Positions 21,301-34,742 are shown, counted from the first letter of the stretch. The stretch: 64,000 bases of DNA from Patescibacteria group bacterium (GCA_041747555.1 JBGTEY010000007.1:11426-75425), one strand, 5' to 3'. The notes: generated by a model not told the origin, from the letters alone. Numbers and translations are program-made.

Positions 21301-22077
21301 TCAATCGGTGAGCCGGGTACTCAGCTGACTATGCGTGTCAAGCACTCAGGAGGTATCGTTGGACTCGACGTGACGCAAGGTTTGCCACGTGTCGAGGAAA
21401 TGCTCGAGGCCAGAAATCCAAAGCGACCAGCAGTAATTAGCGAGTTGGCAGGTAAAGTTTTGATCGAAGAAGGTGATAAAGAAACCATCATCACTGTTCG
21501 TACCACAACCAAGCCTGTTGAGGAAGTTACTTACAAGGTCAATACCAATATTCCACTTCAAGTAGAATCTGGTGATTTGGTAGGAATTGGTCAGCAGCTT
21601 TCAGAAGGTTCAATCGATCTTCAGGAGTTACTGCAGATCAAAGGCTTGCAACACACCCAGCTCTATGTGCTCGATCAAGTTCAACACGTGTACGAGTCAC
21701 AAGGTATTCCAATTCATGACAAACATTTTGAAGTCATCATTCGTAAAATGAGTGACAAACTTCAAATCGAGCAGTCAGGTGATACCGATTATCTGCCAGG
21801 TGAAATTGTTGAGCGAAGTCGCTTCATCCAATCCAATGATGAAACCATGGCGGCAGGTGGTGAGCCAGCAACAGCTAAGATTCTCTTCCTCGGAATTACC
21901 CGCTCGTCACTCTTCACCTATTCCTGGTTATCAGCTGCATCATTCCAGCACACCAAAAATGTGTTGACCGACGCCGCGTCATCAGGAGCAATAGACGAGC
22001 TCGAAGGCCTCAAGGAAAATGTGATTATTGGTCGGTTAATTCCAACCACTCCAGAGAGGGCATCAATAGAAATGTAA
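18352..22077 (+). CDS. rpoC: RNA polymerase beta' subunit
   Basis: [10 protein letters not shown] catalytic motif and N-terminal Zn finger. Confidence 0.99.
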   Translation: MQNTNQTGTAVKHIVDFAALEIRIASPDTIKSWSYGEVKKPETINYRSLKAEKDGLFDEKIFGPIKDYECYCGKYKRIRYKGIICDKCGVEVTQSRVRRERMGHITLAAPVAHIWYFKGAPSKLSLLLGISPRNLNSIIYFSKYIVLDVDQDEKIAVMDQLVVDAEAAQDELKDSTKLQMENVTKQLDQDVVKLKEKVTNKETLQLKVSELQLKAKNKLMSLKKQLETQLEQTDEIYKQLQQMVKRIKTGTILSEDEYIKLSEYDAASHVRVGMGAESILEMVEALDLDQLTDDLREEMVEAKGVKRIKATKRLRVIGGFTKAHIKPEWMFLNILPVIPPDLRPMVQLSGGRFATSDLNDLYRRVINRNNRLKHLIDLGAPEIILRNEKRMLQEAVDSLIDGTQARQSRRRSNRRPLKSLSEMLKGKQGRFRQNLLGKRVDYSGRSVIVVGPELKLNECGLPKDMALEMFKPYVLRELIVHGTAPNVKSAKHLIERREPVVYDILEQVTANHPVILNRAPTLHKLGMQSFFPILIEGNAIQLHPCVCSGYNADFDGDQMAVHVPLTQQAREECSTLMMSSHNLLKPANGEPITVPNKEMAMGVYYHTVLDTDQEKFSSVFASEDEAFHAHQTDRVKLRQPISVRVQTPEGAKIVDTSIGRLEFNTLLPASMRFINEEVGDKKIKELVTFAIQTQPREVVAQLIDDIKNLGFRAATISGLSVSVADCEMIVEKKQIVAQANKKAEAIQEQFQDGLISTEERKKMSFDVWIDTTEEVAEKTWDSYSDKNAVKVIINSGGTRASKDQVKQLAAMRGLVVDPLGNIVEMPTKSNFREGLTIFEYVTSARGSRKGLTDSAIKTADAGYLTRRLCDVSHDVIIRLEDCGTKTGVRFSTKNRPTVFSTRISGRVALEDIKDGRKVLVKADEYITPELAKQITEAGIDEVYARSPLTCEAEKGMCAKCYGWDFSTRDKVSIGVPVGIVAAQSIGEPGTQLTMRVKHSGGIVGLDVTQGLPRVEEMLEARNPKRPAVISELAGKVLIEEGDKETIITVRTTTKPVEEVTYKVNTNIPLQVESGDLVGIGQQLSEGSIDLQELLQIKGLQHTQLYVLDQVQHVYESQGIPIHDKHFEVIIRKMSDKLQIEQSGDTDYLPGEIVERSRFIQSNDETMAAGGEPATAKILFLGITRSSLFTYSWLSAASFQHTKNVLTDAASSGAIDELEGLKENVIIGRLIPTTPERASIEM

Positions 22078-22142
22078 ACGATCACGGCACTCGACTTTGA
22101 AAAGCCGAGTGCCTGTGTTACAATCAACGATTCAAACAACCT

Positions 22143-22556
22143 ATGCCAACAATTAATCAACTCATCAGAAAAGGTCGCAAGTCGAAGCCAAATAAAGTTA
22201 AGGCAACAGCACTGCGACGCAGCTACAACTCAAACACGGGAAGAATGGTTAAAACCACTAACCCACAAAAAAGAGGTGTCTGTACAGTAGTTAAAACCAT
22301 GACTCCAAAGAAACCGAACTCAGCGCTTCGTAAAGTTGCGCGTGTTCGACTTTCAAACAAAATGGAAGTCACCGCTTACATCATGGGAGAAGGTCACTCA
22401 CTCGCAGAGCACAGCATTGTGCTCATCAGAGGCGGAAGAGTCAAAGACTTACCTGGCGTGAAATACCATGTTGTTCGAGGTAAATATGACGCTGCTGGCG
22501 TTGATGGTCGTAAGACTAGCCGCAGTAAATATGGAGTAAAAAGACCTTCAGCATAA
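22143..22556 (+). CDS. rpsL: 30S ribosomal protein S12
   Basis: MPTINQL and [10 protein letters not shown]. Confidence 0.99.
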   Translation: MPTINQLIRKGRKSKPNKVKATALRRSYNSNTGRMVKTTNPQKRGVCTVVKTMTPKKPNSALRKVARVRLSNKMEVTAYIMGEGHSLAEHSIVLIRGGRVKDLPGVKYHVVRGKYDAAGVDGRKTSRSKYGVKRPSA

Positions 22557-22613
22557 AACGTATTACTATGTAGGAGTATTGCCTCGCGCTAGCGAGGTGA
22601 GAATGGAACTACT

Positions 22614-23090
22614 ATGAGAACCAAACGAGCGCCGAAACGAACGGCAGCCCCCGATGCTAAATACGGCTCAGTCAGAGTCGCAAAGTTAATCAACTATGTC
22701 ATGCGAGATGGCAAAAAGCACGTTGCTATGAAGCACGTGTACAACTGTCTTGATGCATTGGCAAAAGCCACCAACAAAAAACCTATTGAAGCGTTCGAAG
22801 AAGTGATTAAAAACGTCACTCCTCAAATGGAAGTTCGCTCAAGACGTGTCGGTGGTGCAGCCTATCAAGTTCCAATGCCAGTGCATCCAAAACGAGGATA
22901 TTCACTCGCATTGAGATGGCTTGTTCTTGAAGCACGCAAGCGACCAAACAAACAATTCCATACCTTTGGTGAAAAACTTTTTGTAGAAATGCAAGACGCC
23001 CTTGATAACCAAGGTGGTGCTATACAAAAGAAGATCAATTCGCATAAAATGGCTGATGCTAATAAAGCATTCGCACATTTCAGATGGTAA
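22614..23090 (+). CDS. rpsG: 30S ribosomal protein S7
   Basis: SRRVGGAAYQVP and ANKAFAHFRW. Confidence 0.99.
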   Translation: MRTKRAPKRTAAPDAKYGSVRVAKLINYVMRDGKKHVAMKHVYNCLDALAKATNKKPIEAFEEVIKNVTPQMEVRSRRVGGAAYQVPMPVHPKRGYSLALRWLVLEARKRPNKQFHTFGEKLFVEMQDALDNQGGAIQKKINSHKMADANKAFAHFRW

Positions 23091-23114
23091 AGTATTCATA
23101 CTAGGAGAACAGAT

Positions 23115-25262
23115 ATGGCAGCCCAGACGGTTAGCGCGAGTGATCGCGGTAAGATTCCACTTAAACGAATTAGAAACATCGGTATTATCGCGCACATTGA
23201 TGCCGGTAAAACTACCACCACAGAGCGTATTCTCTATTTCACCGGTCGCTCATACAAAATGGGAGAGGTTCACGAAGGTGAAGCAACCATGGACTGGATG
23301 GAGCAAGAGCAAGAGCGTGGAATTACTATCGTATCTGCGGCTACAACCACATTTTGGACACCACATTTTGGCGTGCATCTAGAGGAGCTTCCTTATCGGT
23401 TTAATATTATTGACACCCCAGGACACGTCGACTTTACAGCAGAAGTAGAACGAAGTTTGCGCGTGCTAGACGGTGGTGTAACGGTGCTCGATGCTTCAGA
23501 AGGTGTGCAGTCACAATCAGAGACTGTCTGGAGACAAGCCGACAAATATAACGTTCCAAGAATTTGTTTTGTCAATAAAATGGACAAATTAGGTGCTGAT
23601 TTTATGGCCACTGTCCAAGACATTATCGATAAATTTGGTGTCAAGCCAGCTGTCATGGTCATGCCGATGGGTGCTGAGAATGATTTTAGAGGAGTTATCC
23701 AATTACTCGAAGAAAAAGCATTGTTCTGGAAAGACACCGCAGCAGACACAGAGCCAGAAGTTATGGAAATTCCAGAAGAATATCGTGAAAAAGCCGCTGA
23801 AATGCGAAAGACATTGGTCGAAGCAATTGCAGAAACTGATGACGCATTAATGGAAAAATTCTTCGCAGATGAAGAGCTATCACTCACTGAACTCAAAGTA
23901 GCACTGCGAAAAGCAGTTATTAACTACGATCTCGTGCCAGTATACGCCGGTTCTTCACTTAAAAACACTGGTGTACAGCCACTTTTGGACGCTGTTGTTG
24001 AATATTTGCCTTCACCAGTTGATATCGATCACATTAGCGGAGAAAACCCTGATACCAAAGAAGAAGAAGATCGACAACTCGTACCAGAAGAAAATTTCTG
24101 TGCGTTATCTTTTAAAATTCAAACTGATCCGCACGTTGGTAAGTTAACCTACACTCGTGTTTACTCAGGAGTGCTGAAGGCAGGTTCATACACGTACAAT
24201 TCAACACGTCAAGAAAAAGAGCGCGTTGGTCGATTGTTACTCATGCACGCCAATCAACGAGAAGAAATTGATGAGGCTCGCGCAGGAGAAATTGTTGCGG
24301 TCGTTGGACTCAAAAGCACTAAAACTGGCGACACACTTTGTGATGACAAACACCCAATTGTACTCGAGGGAATTACCTTTGCAGATCCAGTTATTTCCTT
24401 GGCAATTGAACCAAAAACCAAGTCAGACCAAGAGAAAATGGGTATGGCGCTAGCCAAGCTCAGCGAAGAAGATCCAACCTTCACGATCAAGTCCAATCCA
24501 GAAACAGGACAAACCATTATCGGTGGTATGGGAGAGCTTCATCTTGAAATTTTGGTAGATAGATTGAAGCGTGAATTTAAAGTAGACGCCAACGTTGGAG
24601 CACCTCAAGTTGCGTACCGTGAAACCATCACTAAAGCAGCAGAGGGAGAAGGTAAGTACATCAAGCAAACTGGTGGACGTGGTCAATACGGTCACGCACT
24701 TGTTAAAATTGAGCCGAAAGATCGTGGCACAGGATATGAATTTGAAAATGCTATTACAGGTGGAACTATTCCTCGAGAGTTTATCGAGCCAACCAACAAA
24801 GGTATTATCGAATCATTAGAACGAGGTTTTGTTGCTAATTACCCAATGTCAGATATCAAAGTTACGCTCTACGATGGTTCATATCACGATGTTGACTCGA
24901 GTGAAATTGCCTTTAAGATGGCAGGTTCATTAGCAATGCGTGATGGTGTAGCAAAAGCTGCTCCAGTACTACTTGAACCTATCATGAAAATCGAGGTCTC
25001 AAGCCCAGAAGAATACATGGGAGATGTGATCGGTGACCTAGGTTCACGCCGCGCTCAAGTGCAAGGTACAACGCAAAGAGGTCCCGTAGTCATCATTACT
25101 GCACTCGCACCCTTGGCGGAGATGCAGGGCTATGTTACAATTTTGAGAAGCATGACGAAAGGTCGGGCGTCTTCAGTGATGCTTCCAAGTCATTATGAGC
25201 CAGTTCCACAGAATATAGCCGCGCAAGTCATTGCAGAGCGAAAAGGGGCTGAGCACAGGTAG
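23115..25262 (+). CDS. fusA: Elongation factor G
   Basis: [13 protein letters not shown] and DTPGHVDF. Confidence 0.99.
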   Translation: MAAQTVSASDRGKIPLKRIRNIGIIAHIDAGKTTTTERILYFTGRSYKMGEVHEGEATMDWMEQEQERGITIVSAATTTFWTPHFGVHLEELPYRFNIIDTPGHVDFTAEVERSLRVLDGGVTVLDASEGVQSQSETVWRQADKYNVPRICFVNKMDKLGADFMATVQDIIDKFGVKPAVMVMPMGAENDFRGVIQLLEEKALFWKDTAADTEPEVMEIPEEYREKAAEMRKTLVEAIAETDDALMEKFFADEELSLTELKVALRKAVINYDLVPVYAGSSLKNTGVQPLLDAVVEYLPSPVDIDHISGENPDTKEEEDRQLVPEENFCALSFKIQTDPHVGKLTYTRVYSGVLKAGSYTYNSTRQEKERVGRLLLMHANQREEIDEARAGEIVAVVGLKSTKTGDTLCDDKHPIVLEGITFADPVISLAIEPKTKSDQEKMGMALAKLSEEDPTFTIKSNPETGQTIIGGMGELHLEILVDRLKREFKVDANVGAPQVAYRETITKAAEGEGKYIKQTGGRGQYGHALVKIEPKDRGTGYEFENAITGGTIPREFIEPTNKGIIESLERGFVANYPMSDIKVTLYDGSYHDVDSSEIAFKMAGSLAMRDGVAKAAPVLLEPIMKIEVSSPEEYMGDVIGDLGSRRAQVQGTTQRGPVVIITALAPLAEMQGYVTILRSMTKGRASSVMLPSHYEPVPQNIAAQVIAERKGAEHR

Positions 25263-25374
25263 TAATATACTGTATACGTTGCTGTAGCGGTGTGATAAAA
25301 TCATCGTTTGCTTACATCGGCATATACTGTACAAGTAAATACGCGTAAAATCGCATAAAAAACAGGGAGGAATC

Positions 25375-26571
<1,197 letters not shown>

Positions 26572-26604
26572 GAAATTGCCCCGCCGCAGGCGGGGCAAAC
26601 CCAC

Positions 26605-26632
26605 GTAAACCCCGCCATTGTGCGGGGTTTAC
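26605..26632 (+). terminator. Probable terminator hairpin after tuf
   Basis: gtaaaccccgc-cattgt-gcggggtttac stem; TATAAT at 26651 precedes rpsJ. Confidence 0.55.
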
Positions 26633-26698
26633 TTCTGGGGGACGATCTAGTATAATCTCCTCCTATCGCATGGCACTAAAGAAATACATTAACAACAT

Positions 26699-27028
26699 AT
26701 GGCAAACAAGAAAAAAACCCAAGCATCATACAAGATTAGAGTTCGGCTTAAGTCGTACGATCATCGAGTAATTGATGATGCAAGTCGAAAAATTCTTGAA
26801 ACCGCACTTTCAACAGGTGCTCAGGTAGTAGGTCCAGTACCGCTTCCAACACATCTCAAGGAATTCACAGTTTTGGTTTCGCCACATGCTGACAAGAATG
26901 CTCAAGAGCATTATGGAATGAGAACACATAAGCGTTTGATTGACATTGTCAATCCAACAAGTAAAACAATTGATTCGCTTATGCATTTGGAACTCCCTGC
27001 CGGTGTTGCCATCCAAATAAAGATGTAA
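26699..27028 (+). CDS. rpsJ: 30S ribosomal protein S10
   Basis: [10 protein letters not shown] and GPVPLPT. Confidence 0.98.
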   Translation: MANKKKTQASYKIRVRLKSYDHRVIDDASRKILETALSTGAQVVGPVPLPTHLKEFTVLVSPHADKNAQEHYGMRTHKRLIDIVNPTSKTIDSLMHLELPAGVAIQIKM

Positions 27029-27130
27029 CAGAACGCAGGACACAAGAAACAATAACTACTAACGGAGTTACTCTGCTAATAGTAAAGAATAAACTAATAA
27101 TACAAAACGAAAATCAGTGGGTACACACTA

Positions 27131-27940
27131 ATGCTACAGGATATTTTTGCGACCAAAATCGGCATGACACAAGCCTGGACCAAAACAGGAAAGCGTCTTG
27201 CGGTAACTCGTTGTGCAGCTGACAACAATATGATTGTTGGTGTGCAGCACGCCACTTCCAAGAACGGTGATCAAACACAAGATATTTCAATTTTTGAACT
27301 TGGATACGGATCAAAGAAACTCAAAAACATAGCTAAACCACTCAGAGCACGATTGCAGAAGAGTGGTTTTTCAGTTGGTCCCACAGGAATCGTCGGAACT
27401 CGTGCTACAGAAACCAACGAAGATGGCACGCCAGCTAGAGTCGCTGTTGGTGATACAGTCACTGCTCTCGACGTTTTAGAAGTCGGGGACATCGTCAAGG
27501 TGCAAGGTGTAACCAAAGGCCGTGGATTTGCTGGTGGCATGAAGCGACATGGATTTCATGGCGGCCCAAAGACACATGGTCAATCAGACAGAGCTCGTGC
27601 AGTTGGTTCAATCGGTGCAGGTACTGATCCAGGAAAAGTCTGGAAAGGTAAAAAAATGCCTGGTCGATATGGAAATGACACTCAGACAGTTAAAGGTTTG
27701 GTCGTCGTTCATATTGACGCAGACGCCAATGAAATTTGGCTCAGTGGCCCAGTTCCAGGTGTTATCTCATCAAGCGTTAAAATTACCAAAACTGGCTCAC
27801 AAAAAACAATCGAACTTGACGCAAAAGCCTCAGGTTTATCAGAGAAAGTCGTCGAACCAGAAATTGCTGTTGAAACAGAGGTAGAACCTGCAGTTGAAGA
27901 AACCGCAGAAACCGTTACCAAAGACGGAGCACAAGCATGA
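27131..27940 (+). CDS. rplC: 50S ribosomal protein L3
   Basis: KIGMTQ and KGRGFAGGMKRHGF. Confidence 0.98.
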   Translation: MLQDIFATKIGMTQAWTKTGKRLAVTRCAADNNMIVGVQHATSKNGDQTQDISIFELGYGSKKLKNIAKPLRARLQKSGFSVGPTGIVGTRATETNEDGTPARVAVGDTVTALDVLEVGDIVKVQGVTKGRGFAGGMKRHGFHGGPKTHGQSDRARAVGSIGAGTDPGKVWKGKKMPGRYGNDTQTVKGLVVVHIDADANEIWLSGPVPGVISSSVKITKTGSQKTIELDAKASGLSEKVVEPEIAVETEVEPAVEETAETVTKDGAQA

Positions 27941-28755
27941 AATTAGTATCACACACCAAAACAGGCAACGAAGGTTCAGTTACCGTCAGTGACGCACTCT
28001 TTGGCGCTCCTGTAAATCAAACACTCTTGGCACAAGCAGTGAGAGTGTATCGAGCAAACGCTCGACAAGGGACAGCTAAAGTTAAGACTCGATCAGAAGT
28101 TGCTCGAACCAAGAAAAAATGGTACAAGCAAAAAGGTACAGGCAACGCTCGACATGGCGCACGATCCGCTCACATTTTTGTTGGTGGAGGTGTTGCGCAT
28201 GGTCCAGATGGTACACAGAATTGGTCACTCTCACTTTCACAACGCATGAAGCATAAAGCACTTATTTCTGCATTGAGTGCACAAGTAGAACAATCCAGTG
28301 TTTGTGATGCAGTTACAGAGTTAAGCGGAAAAACAAAAGAAGCAGTTGCGTTGTTCGAATCAATGGGATTGGCAGATCAACGAATACTCGTTATCGTTCA
28401 CGAACAAGTTGAAGAACTCCGCAGAGCAACACAAAATTTACAAAATGTGTTCGTTACTACCGCATACAGAACAAATGCTTTTGAAGTTGCGCAGGCAAAT
28501 CACATTGTCTTTACCAGTGAGGCAATTTCAGCACTCGAAAATCGAGTAGCAGACAAAAAGCAGTCAGCTCCGAAGTCAACTGCGCCAAAAGCATCAAAGA
28601 TAGATGCAGCAGAAAAAACATCAGAGAAAAAAGCTACCAAGAAAACATCTACCAAGGCAGAACCCAAAAAAGCCGCACCTAAGAAAGTTGCAACCAAGAA
28701 ACCAGCCACAAAAACCGCAGCAAAACCAAAGAAAACAGAAAAAACTGAGAAATAA
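27937..28755 (+). CDS. rplD: 50S ribosomal protein L4
   Basis: KTRSEV and QKGTGNARHG; Lys/Ala-rich tail. Confidence 0.98.
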   Translation: MKLVSHTKTGNEGSVTVSDALFGAPVNQTLLAQAVRVYRANARQGTAKVKTRSEVARTKKKWYKQKGTGNARHGARSAHIFVGGGVAHGPDGTQNWSLSLSQRMKHKALISALSAQVEQSSVCDAVTELSGKTKEAVALFESMGLADQRILVIVHEQVEELRRATQNLQNVFVTTAYRTNAFEVAQANHIVFTSEAISALENRVADKKQSAPKSTAPKASKIDAAEKTSEKKATKKTSTKAEPKKAAPKKVATKKPATKTAAKPKKTEKTEK

Positions 28756-28757
28756 TC

Positions 28758-29066
28758 ATGAATCCATATATTTTAAAACGACCAATCATTACTGAAAAAT
28801 CTCTCAGACTTGCTGAAACTGAAAACAAGTACACGTTTGAGGTGGATCCAAATGCTACGAAGAATCAAGTCGTGGCTGCAGTTGAGGAATTATTCAGCGT
28901 GAACGTACTGGGTGTTAGAACAATCAAACTCCAGCCAACCACCAGACGAACAGGCAAAAAACGCGTTGAGGTCAGAACTGGTAAAACCAAAAAAGCCGTT
29001 GTTCATTTAGCGGCAAAACAAACCATCGATCTCTTTGATCTTGGTGGAGGTGAAAACGAAGCATAA
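28758..29066 (+). CDS. rplW: 50S ribosomal protein L23
   Basis: RPIITEKS and KKAVV. Confidence 0.97.
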   Translation: MNPYILKRPIITEKSLRLAETENKYTFEVDPNATKNQVVAAVEELFSVNVLGVRTIKLQPTTRRTGKKRVEVRTGKTKKAVVHLAAKQTIDLFDLGGGENEA

Positions 29067-29080
29067 TTCGAAAGTATACT

Positions 29081-29914
29081 ATGGTAATTACACGAAAACC
29101 TACCAGCAGTGGACGAAGACATCAAGTCGATATCGATCGATCTGAGCTTCACAAGGGTAGCCCAGAGAAATCACTCCTCGTGCCTGGTCACAAAAAACGA
29201 CAGGGTCGGGGGTTTAAAGGTCAAATCACCGTTCGACATCGTGGTGGTGGTGTCAAGAAACGAATGAGAAAGATTGATTGGCGTAGAGAGAAACATGGTG
29301 TACCAGCAAAAGTCGATCGTATTGAATACGACCCAATGAGAAGCGCACACGTTGCACTTTTGGTATACGCAGATGGTGAGAAACGATATATACTTCGACC
29401 TCAGAATCTAGAAGCTGGTGCCACAATCGAATCGGGTCCAGATGCTGAAGCACGTGTCGGCAATGCACTTCCGCTTAAATCAGTGCCAATCGGTATGTTT
29501 ATACACAACATCGAAATGAGTATTGGTAAGGGCGCACAATTGGTGCGCGGTGCAGGAACTGGCGCCATTGTTCAATCCAAGGAAGGAAAGTACGTTACCG
29601 TTCAGCTTCCATCCAAAGAGCTACGATTGATAAATGCCGAGTGTTTCGCTACAATCGGCGAGGTCGGTAATCAAGAGTGGAAAAATCGAAAAATTGGTAA
29701 GGCTGGTCGAAAACGACTAATGGGTATTCGTCCAACAGTTCGAGGAACTGCACAACACCCTGGTAGCCACCCACATGGAGGTGGTGAGGGTAAAACTGGC
29801 GTTGGTATGAAGTATCCAAAGACTCCATGGGGTAAGCATGCCCACGGTACCAAGACACGCAAGCGAAATCACCGCTCTAACAAGTGGATCGTTCGCGATC
29901 GGAGAGTAAAATAA
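29081..29914 (+). CDS. rplB: 50S ribosomal protein L2
   Basis: IEYDP and HPHGGGEG. Confidence 0.99.
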   Translation: MVITRKPTSSGRRHQVDIDRSELHKGSPEKSLLVPGHKKRQGRGFKGQITVRHRGGGVKKRMRKIDWRREKHGVPAKVDRIEYDPMRSAHVALLVYADGEKRYILRPQNLEAGATIESGPDAEARVGNALPLKSVPIGMFIHNIEMSIGKGAQLVRGAGTGAIVQSKEGKYVTVQLPSKELRLINAECFATIGEVGNQEWKNRKIGKAGRKRLMGIRPTVRGTAQHPGSHPHGGGEGKTGVGMKYPKTPWGKHAHGTKTRKRNHRSNKWIVRDRRVK

Positions 29915-29915
29915 T

Positions 29916-30200
29916 ATGTCAAGATCAAGTAAAAAAGGACCATTCGTTGATCCAAAATTGCTCAAAAAAGTCCACGCTCAAAAAGCAAGCGGTGACAAAA
30001 CAGCAATTAAAACTTGGAGTCGTTCATGCGTGATCACTCCAGACTTTGTGGGTCACACCTTTGCAGTACATCAGGGTAAAAACTTTATTGATGTGTATTG
30101 TACTGAGGCGATGGTGGGACACAAACTTGGTGAATTTTCGCCAACAAGAACGTTTAGAGGGCACGGTAAGATTGTAAAACGGGTCTTAACCAAGACGTAA
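29916..30200 (+). CDS. rpsS: 30S ribosomal protein S19
   Basis: KKGPFVD and [13 protein letters not shown]. Confidence 0.99.
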   Translation: MSRSSKKGPFVDPKLLKKVHAQKASGDKTAIKTWSRSCVITPDFVGHTFAVHQGKNFIDVYCTEAMVGHKLGEFSPTRTFRGHGKIVKRVLTKT

Positions 30201-30204
30201 TCTG

Positions 30205-30717
30205 ATGATAATCAAAGCAACACAAAAAAATACCAGACAAGCACCCCGAAAAGTTCGATTAGTCGCCAACGCGGTTAAGAACATGAGTCTTGAGGATGCA
30301 CTCAGAAATCTTGCGGTTATTGAGCGTCGCTCAACCATAGTGGTCCTCAAAACGCTCAGACAAGCTATTGCAAATGCTGTCAACAACTATGGTCATGCAC
30401 CTGAGAATTTAATCCTAAAGAACATTTTGGTTACCGAGGGTCCAAGATTCCGCAGATTTCGCGCAGTAAGTCGAGGTCGAGCGCACACTGTTATCAAGAA
30501 AACAAGTCATGTGACGGTTGAGCTCGAAGTAAAAGATGCAGTAATGGCTGATAAAAACAAAACTGCAACAGAAAAAACACAATCTGCAGAGACAAAAAAG
30601 TCAGAAACAACCAAAGTTGCAAAGAAACCAGCCACCAAAACAGCTGGTAAGAAACTTACAAAAACACCAGAGAAAAAATCAACGACAAAAAAAGTAACAT
30701 CTAAGGCTAAAAAGTAA
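30205..30717 (+). CDS. rplV: 50S ribosomal protein L22
   Basis: PRKVRLVA and RGRA; Lys/Thr-rich tail. Confidence 0.98.
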   Translation: MIIKATQKNTRQAPRKVRLVANAVKNMSLEDALRNLAVIERRSTIVVLKTLRQAIANAVNNYGHAPENLILKNILVTEGPRFRRFRAVSRGRAHTVIKKTSHVTVELEVKDAVMADKNKTATEKTQSAETKKSETTKVAKKPATKTAGKKLTKTPEKKSTTKKVTSKAKK

Positions 30718-30749
30718 TAAAAAGTATTGTATAATACAGAGTTCAATTT

Positions 30750-31400
30750 ATGGGACAAAAAGTACATCCTACCGGCTTTCGACTTGGCACCACATTTACC
30801 TGGAAGTCTCGTTGGTTTGCAGACAAAGGTAAGTACTCTGATAAGGTGCTTGAAGACTACAAACTGAGACAATACTTTAAGCAAAAACTCGACAGTGCCG
30901 GACTAGTCCGTGTCGATATCGAACGATCATTAACAGCGCTAAAGATTTTCATCCACGTTGCCAAACCCGGTGTCGTGATCGGTAAAGGTGGATCAAACCT
31001 GGAAGATGTTAAAAAAGACGTTAATAGACTCTTAAACATTGGTAAGCAGAAAAAAGATCAAGTAAAAATTGATCTCAGAGTCGAAGAAGTACAAAAGCCA
31101 GATTTAAGTGCAAAATTAGTTGCAGAGCGAATCGCTCAGCAATTAATGAAGCGCTACCCACATCGCAGGGCAGTTTCACAAGCACTCGACAAAGTCACGC
31201 AAGCGGGTGCCAAGGGTGTAAAGATCGTCCTCTCTGGAAGAATCGGCGGATCAGATATTGGAAGAACAGAAAAATACTTCAATGGCAGTGTGCCAACACA
31301 AACATTGAGAGCAAATATTGATTATCATCAGTCCCCAGCGCTCACCCGCTCAGGATATGTCGGAATCAAAGTTTGGATATATAAGGGTCAGGTAATTTAG
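30750..31400 (+). CDS. rpsC: 30S ribosomal protein S3
   Basis: MGQKVHPTGFRLG. Confidence 0.99.
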   Translation: MGQKVHPTGFRLGTTFTWKSRWFADKGKYSDKVLEDYKLRQYFKQKLDSAGLVRVDIERSLTALKIFIHVAKPGVVIGKGGSNLEDVKKDVNRLLNIGKQKKDQVKIDLRVEEVQKPDLSAKLVAERIAQQLMKRYPHRRAVSQALDKVTQAGAKGVKIVLSGRIGGSDIGRTEKYFNGSVPTQTLRANIDYHQSPALTRSGYVGIKVWIYKGQVI

Positions 31401-31401
31401 C

Positions 31402-31806
31402 ATGCTACAACCAAAAAAGAGCAAATACCGGAAAGAATTTCGAGGCAAGCGACGCGGCTTAGCACAGCGTGGTGCTGACATCGCTTTTGGAGAATATGGT
31501 CTGAAAGCCACAACCAGAGGTTGGGTGTCTGCACGACAGATTGAGGCCGCACGTAAGAAAATTACGTACATGACCAAGCGTGCAGGAAAGTATTGGATCA
31601 GAGTCTTTCCATCTAAGCCAATCACCAAAAAACCTGTTGGTGTGAAAATGGGTTCTGGAAAAGGCGCAATAGAAGAATATGTAGCAGTAGTAAAACCTGG
31701 AATGATTTTGTTCGAACTATCTGGCGTAACACCAGAAGTTGCAAGTGAAGCATTCAGAAAAGCAGGTCACAAAATATCAGTCAAAACTGAATTGGTTCAA
31801 AAATAA
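31402..31806 (+). CDS. rplP: 50S ribosomal protein L16
   Basis: MLQPK and KMGSGKG. Confidence 0.99.
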   Translation: MLQPKKSKYRKEFRGKRRGLAQRGADIAFGEYGLKATTRGWVSARQIEAARKKITYMTKRAGKYWIRVFPSKPITKKPVGVKMGSGKGAIEEYVAVVKPGMILFELSGVTPEVASEAFRKAGHKISVKTELVQK

Positions 31807-32015
31807 TGAAACGAAACGACATAACAGCACTACACACCATGACTGCTGCAGAGCTCCAAACCAAGCTCTCAACGTTGCAGCAAGAACTGGCAACTGCTCG
31901 ACTTGGCCACCGAGTTGGTAAAGCATCAGTCACAACTATTGCGCGAGTCAGAGATGACATCGCTCGCATCAAAACAGTCTTAAGAGAGCAACAATTAGCA
32001 AAAAAAGTAGCATAG
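31806..32015 (+). CDS. rpmC: 50S ribosomal protein L29
   Basis: RDDIARIKTV and operon position. Confidence 0.93.
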   Translation: MKRNDITALHTMTAAELQTKLSTLQQELATARLGHRVGKASVTTIARVRDDIARIKTVLREQQLAKKVA

Positions 32016-32024
32016 AGTGATTTT

Positions 32025-32258
32025 ATGAAACAAATACAAGGCAAAGTCATCGCATTACACACACCAAAAACTGCAAAAGTTGAGGTGACGAGACAGTGGC
32101 AGCATCCAATTTATCTTAAGAGGATGAACCGCACCAAAGCATATGCTTGTCACGTTGATGGCATTGAAATTGCGGTAGGAGACACCGTACACATTGAACC
32201 GTGTCGTCCTGTCAGCAAAACCAAAAAATTTGTGGTTACAGGAAAAGTAGAGAACTAA
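32025..32258 (+). CDS. rpsQ: 30S ribosomal protein S17
   Basis: HPIY and CRPVSKTK. Confidence 0.96.
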   Translation: MKQIQGKVIALHTPKTAKVEVTRQWQHPIYLKRMNRTKAYACHVDGIEIAVGDTVHIEPCRPVSKTKKFVVTGKVEN

Positions 32259-32262
32259 TTAT

Positions 32263-32637
32263 ATGATACAACTACGATCAGTACTCCATGTGGCTGACAA
32301 CAGCGGTGCCAAGCGGCTTCGCGTCATCCAGGTCTATGGCGGCTCAAAACGAAGGTTTGGCGGTGTAGGTGATGTGGTGATCGCATCAGTCATCGTTTCT
32401 GATCCAGGTGGTACGGTCAAACGTGGCGAGATGGTCAAAGCTGTCATTGTTCGAACCAGAAAAGAACAGCGAAGACCAAACGGTGGATACATTCGATTTG
32501 ACGACAACGCTGCAGTAGTTATTGAATCACTTAAGAATCCAAACCCAATTGGCACTCGAGTGTTCGGACCCATTGCTCGTGAAGTTAAGAACAGAGGATT
32601 TAATAAAATAGCGAGTTTAGCACCAGAGGTTCTATGA
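32263..32637 (+). CDS. rplN: 50S ribosomal protein L14
   Basis: VADNSGAK and SLAPEVL. Confidence 0.99.
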   Translation: MIQLRSVLHVADNSGAKRLRVIQVYGGSKRRFGGVGDVVIASVIVSDPGGTVKRGEMVKAVIVRTRKEQRRPNGGYIRFDDNAAVVIESLKNPNPIGTRVFGPIAREVKNRGFNKIASLAPEVL

Positions 32638-32969
32638 AATTCAAAGTAGGCGACACAGTTCGCGTCACAGCTGGCAAAGACAAGGGTGTTACAGGAGAAA
32701 TCTTGGCAGTTGATGCAACTGCGAACACCGTTATCGTCCAAGGTGCAAATCTCTACACCAAGCACATCAAGCCTATGGCAGGACGAGCTGGTGACAAGGT
32801 AAGACGAGAGCGACCTCTCTCCACTGCCAAAGTCGCACTCTTGAATGATAAAGGAGAATTAGATCGAGTTGGATACGTGATTGCCAAAGATGGCACCAAA
32901 TCAAGAGTTTTTAGGAAAACGGGAAAAGCTGTTCCAGCACCTAAGAAAACAGAGAAAAAGAAGAAATAA
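32634..32969 (+). CDS. rplX: 50S ribosomal protein L24
   Basis: KOW motif [13 protein letters not shown]. Confidence 0.97.
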   Translation: MKFKVGDTVRVTAGKDKGVTGEILAVDATANTVIVQGANLYTKHIKPMAGRAGDKVRRERPLSTAKVALLNDKGELDRVGYVIAKDGTKSRVFRKTGKAVPAPKKTEKKKK

Positions 32970-32972
32970 TAT

Positions 32973-33533
32973 ATGTCAGACACACGTTTAGTACACTACT
33001 ATCAGAACACTGTTGTTCCAGAGCTCAAGAAGGAGCTGAAGAGAACGTCTTCATTTGCAGTGCCTCGGATTACCAAAATTGTGGTTAACACTGGTGTAGC
33101 AGATCCACAAGAACCTCGTGCTCGTCAAACAGTACTCGAGAACATTGCAGCACAGTTTTCACAAATCACAGGTCAAAAAGCACAAATCACGGTTGCCAAA
33201 AAATCTATTGCAAACTTCAAACTTCGTGAGGGTGATCCCTTGGGAGTTCGTGTTACACTACATGGTCAGCGAATGTGGGAGTTTATTGAAAAATTAATTT
33301 CGGTTGCATTGCCTCGGGTTAAAGATTTTAGAGGTGTGTCACGGACTGCTTTTGATGGACAGGGAAACTATAGCCTTGGCCTTGAAGAGCAAATCGTATT
33401 CCCAGAAATTGACTACGATACAATAGAGAGTGTCAGAAGTTTGCAAATCACATTTGTAACAACTGCAGAGACCAATGAAGAAGCATTCTTGCTCCTAGAG
33501 AAACTAGGAATGCCGTTTGCAAAAGAAGAGTAA
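32973..33533 (+). CDS. rplE: 50S ribosomal protein L5
   Basis: [10 protein letters not shown] and [10 protein letters not shown]. Confidence 0.99.
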   Translation: MSDTRLVHYYQNTVVPELKKELKRTSSFAVPRITKIVVNTGVADPQEPRARQTVLENIAAQFSQITGQKAQITVAKKSIANFKLREGDPLGVRVTLHGQRMWEFIEKLISVALPRVKDFRGVSRTAFDGQGNYSLGLEEQIVFPEIDYDTIESVRSLQITFVTTAETNEEAFLLLEKLGMPFAKEE

Positions 33534-33541
33534 AGGGATTT

Positions 33542-33772
33542 ATGGCAAAAACATCTAAAATTGTTAAATCAAGAAAACTATTAAAGAAACGAAGCGAATA
33601 CCTTCTCAAAGGTGACCGAAAGACAAATAAGGTCTCGACTCGAGGAGTAAATCGGTGTAAAATCACAGGCCGACCCAAAGGATACATGAGATTCTTCGGT
33701 TTGAGCCGATTAACTTTTCGTGAATTAGCTTCAAAGGGTGAATTACCAGGAGTCGTAAAACTCAGTAAGTAA
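33542..33772 (+). CDS. rpsN: 30S ribosomal protein S14
   Basis: [11 protein letters not shown]...GLSR...GELPGV. Confidence 0.96.
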   Translation: MAKTSKIVKSRKLLKKRSEYLLKGDRKTNKVSTRGVNRCKITGRPKGYMRFFGLSRLTFRELASKGELPGVVKLSK

Positions 33773-33780
33773 AGAAACGT

Positions 33781-34170
33781 ATGACCGATCCGATCGCAGA
33801 TTTCATCATCAGAATAAAGAACGCATTCCTCGCAAAGCGTCATGAGGTTCTCGTTCCGTACTCAAAAATGAAGCATTCACTTGCAGAAATTTTGATAAAA
33901 GAGGGATACTTGGATTCTGTTGCAATTGATGAGACAGGTCCATTCAAACAAATTGTATTGCAGCTTAAGTATGTAAAGGATTTGCCATCAGTCACTGATG
34001 TAAAAAGACTTTCAAAACCAGGACGCAGACTCTATTCAACAGCAGCGGATATTCCCCGAGCACTGGGTGGATACGGAATCACCATCGTTTCAACCAGCCG
34101 AGGAATCATGACCGATAAACAAGCTAAGAAACAAAATGTTGGTGGAGAATTACTTTGTCAAGTTTGGTAA
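33781..34170 (+). CDS. rpsH: 30S ribosomal protein S8
   Basis: MTDPIAD and SKPGRR. Confidence 0.99.
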   Translation: MTDPIADFIIRIKNAFLAKRHEVLVPYSKMKHSLAEILIKEGYLDSVAIDETGPFKQIVLQLKYVKDLPSVTDVKRLSKPGRRLYSTAADIPRALGGYGITIVSTSRGIMTDKQAKKQNVGGELLCQVW

Positions 34171-34182
34171 CAGAAAATATAT

Positions 34183-34719
34183 ATGTCAAGAATTGGAAGA
34201 AAATCAATCCCAGTCCCCTCCGGCGTCACTGTTACCCAAACAGCTGATGAAGTTGTGGTTAAGGGACCAAAAGGACAGCTTAAAGTACAGCTTTTGCCCA
34301 AAATTGTACTCGAAATAACTGCAACTGAAGTCACGGTAACCAGAAAAAATGAAGAAAAGCAGACCAAAGCATTTCATGGTTTGATCAGAAGCTTACTTCA
34401 AAACTGCATCATCGGTGTTACAGAAGGCTACAAGAAAACATTAAAATTAGTAGGTACTGGCTACAGAGTCCAGGCAAAAGGAAAAGGTGTTTCGCTCGCG
34501 GTTGGATATTCACATCCAATCGAATTCACACCGATTGATGGCGTTAATCTTCAAGTTGAAGGAAACGACACCATTCATATTGAAGGAATAGACAAACAAG
34601 CTGTTGGCCAAACAGCAGCCAACATTAGAAAACATCGCCCACCAGAACCTTACAAGGGTAAAGGAATTCGCTACAGTGATGAAGTTGTCAGAAGAAAACA
34701 AGGTAAAACAGCAGCATAA
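34183..34719 (+). CDS. rplF: 50S ribosomal protein L6
   Basis: MSRIG and PEPYKGKGIRY. Confidence 0.99.
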   Translation: MSRIGRKSIPVPSGVTVTQTADEVVVKGPKGQLKVQLLPKIVLEITATEVTVTRKNEEKQTKAFHGLIRSLLQNCIIGVTEGYKKTLKLVGTGYRVQAKGKGVSLAVGYSHPIEFTPIDGVNLQVEGNDTIHIEGIDKQAVGQTAANIRKHRPPEPYKGKGIRYSDEVVRRKQGKTAA

Positions 34720-34742
34720 TAGCAACTGAAAAAAAACACATA

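Noticed and set aside
25266-25331. Direct repeat atatactgta twice between fusA and tuf
   Set aside because: Only 10 nt and AT-rich; it is most simply explained as TATACT -10 boxes or chance.
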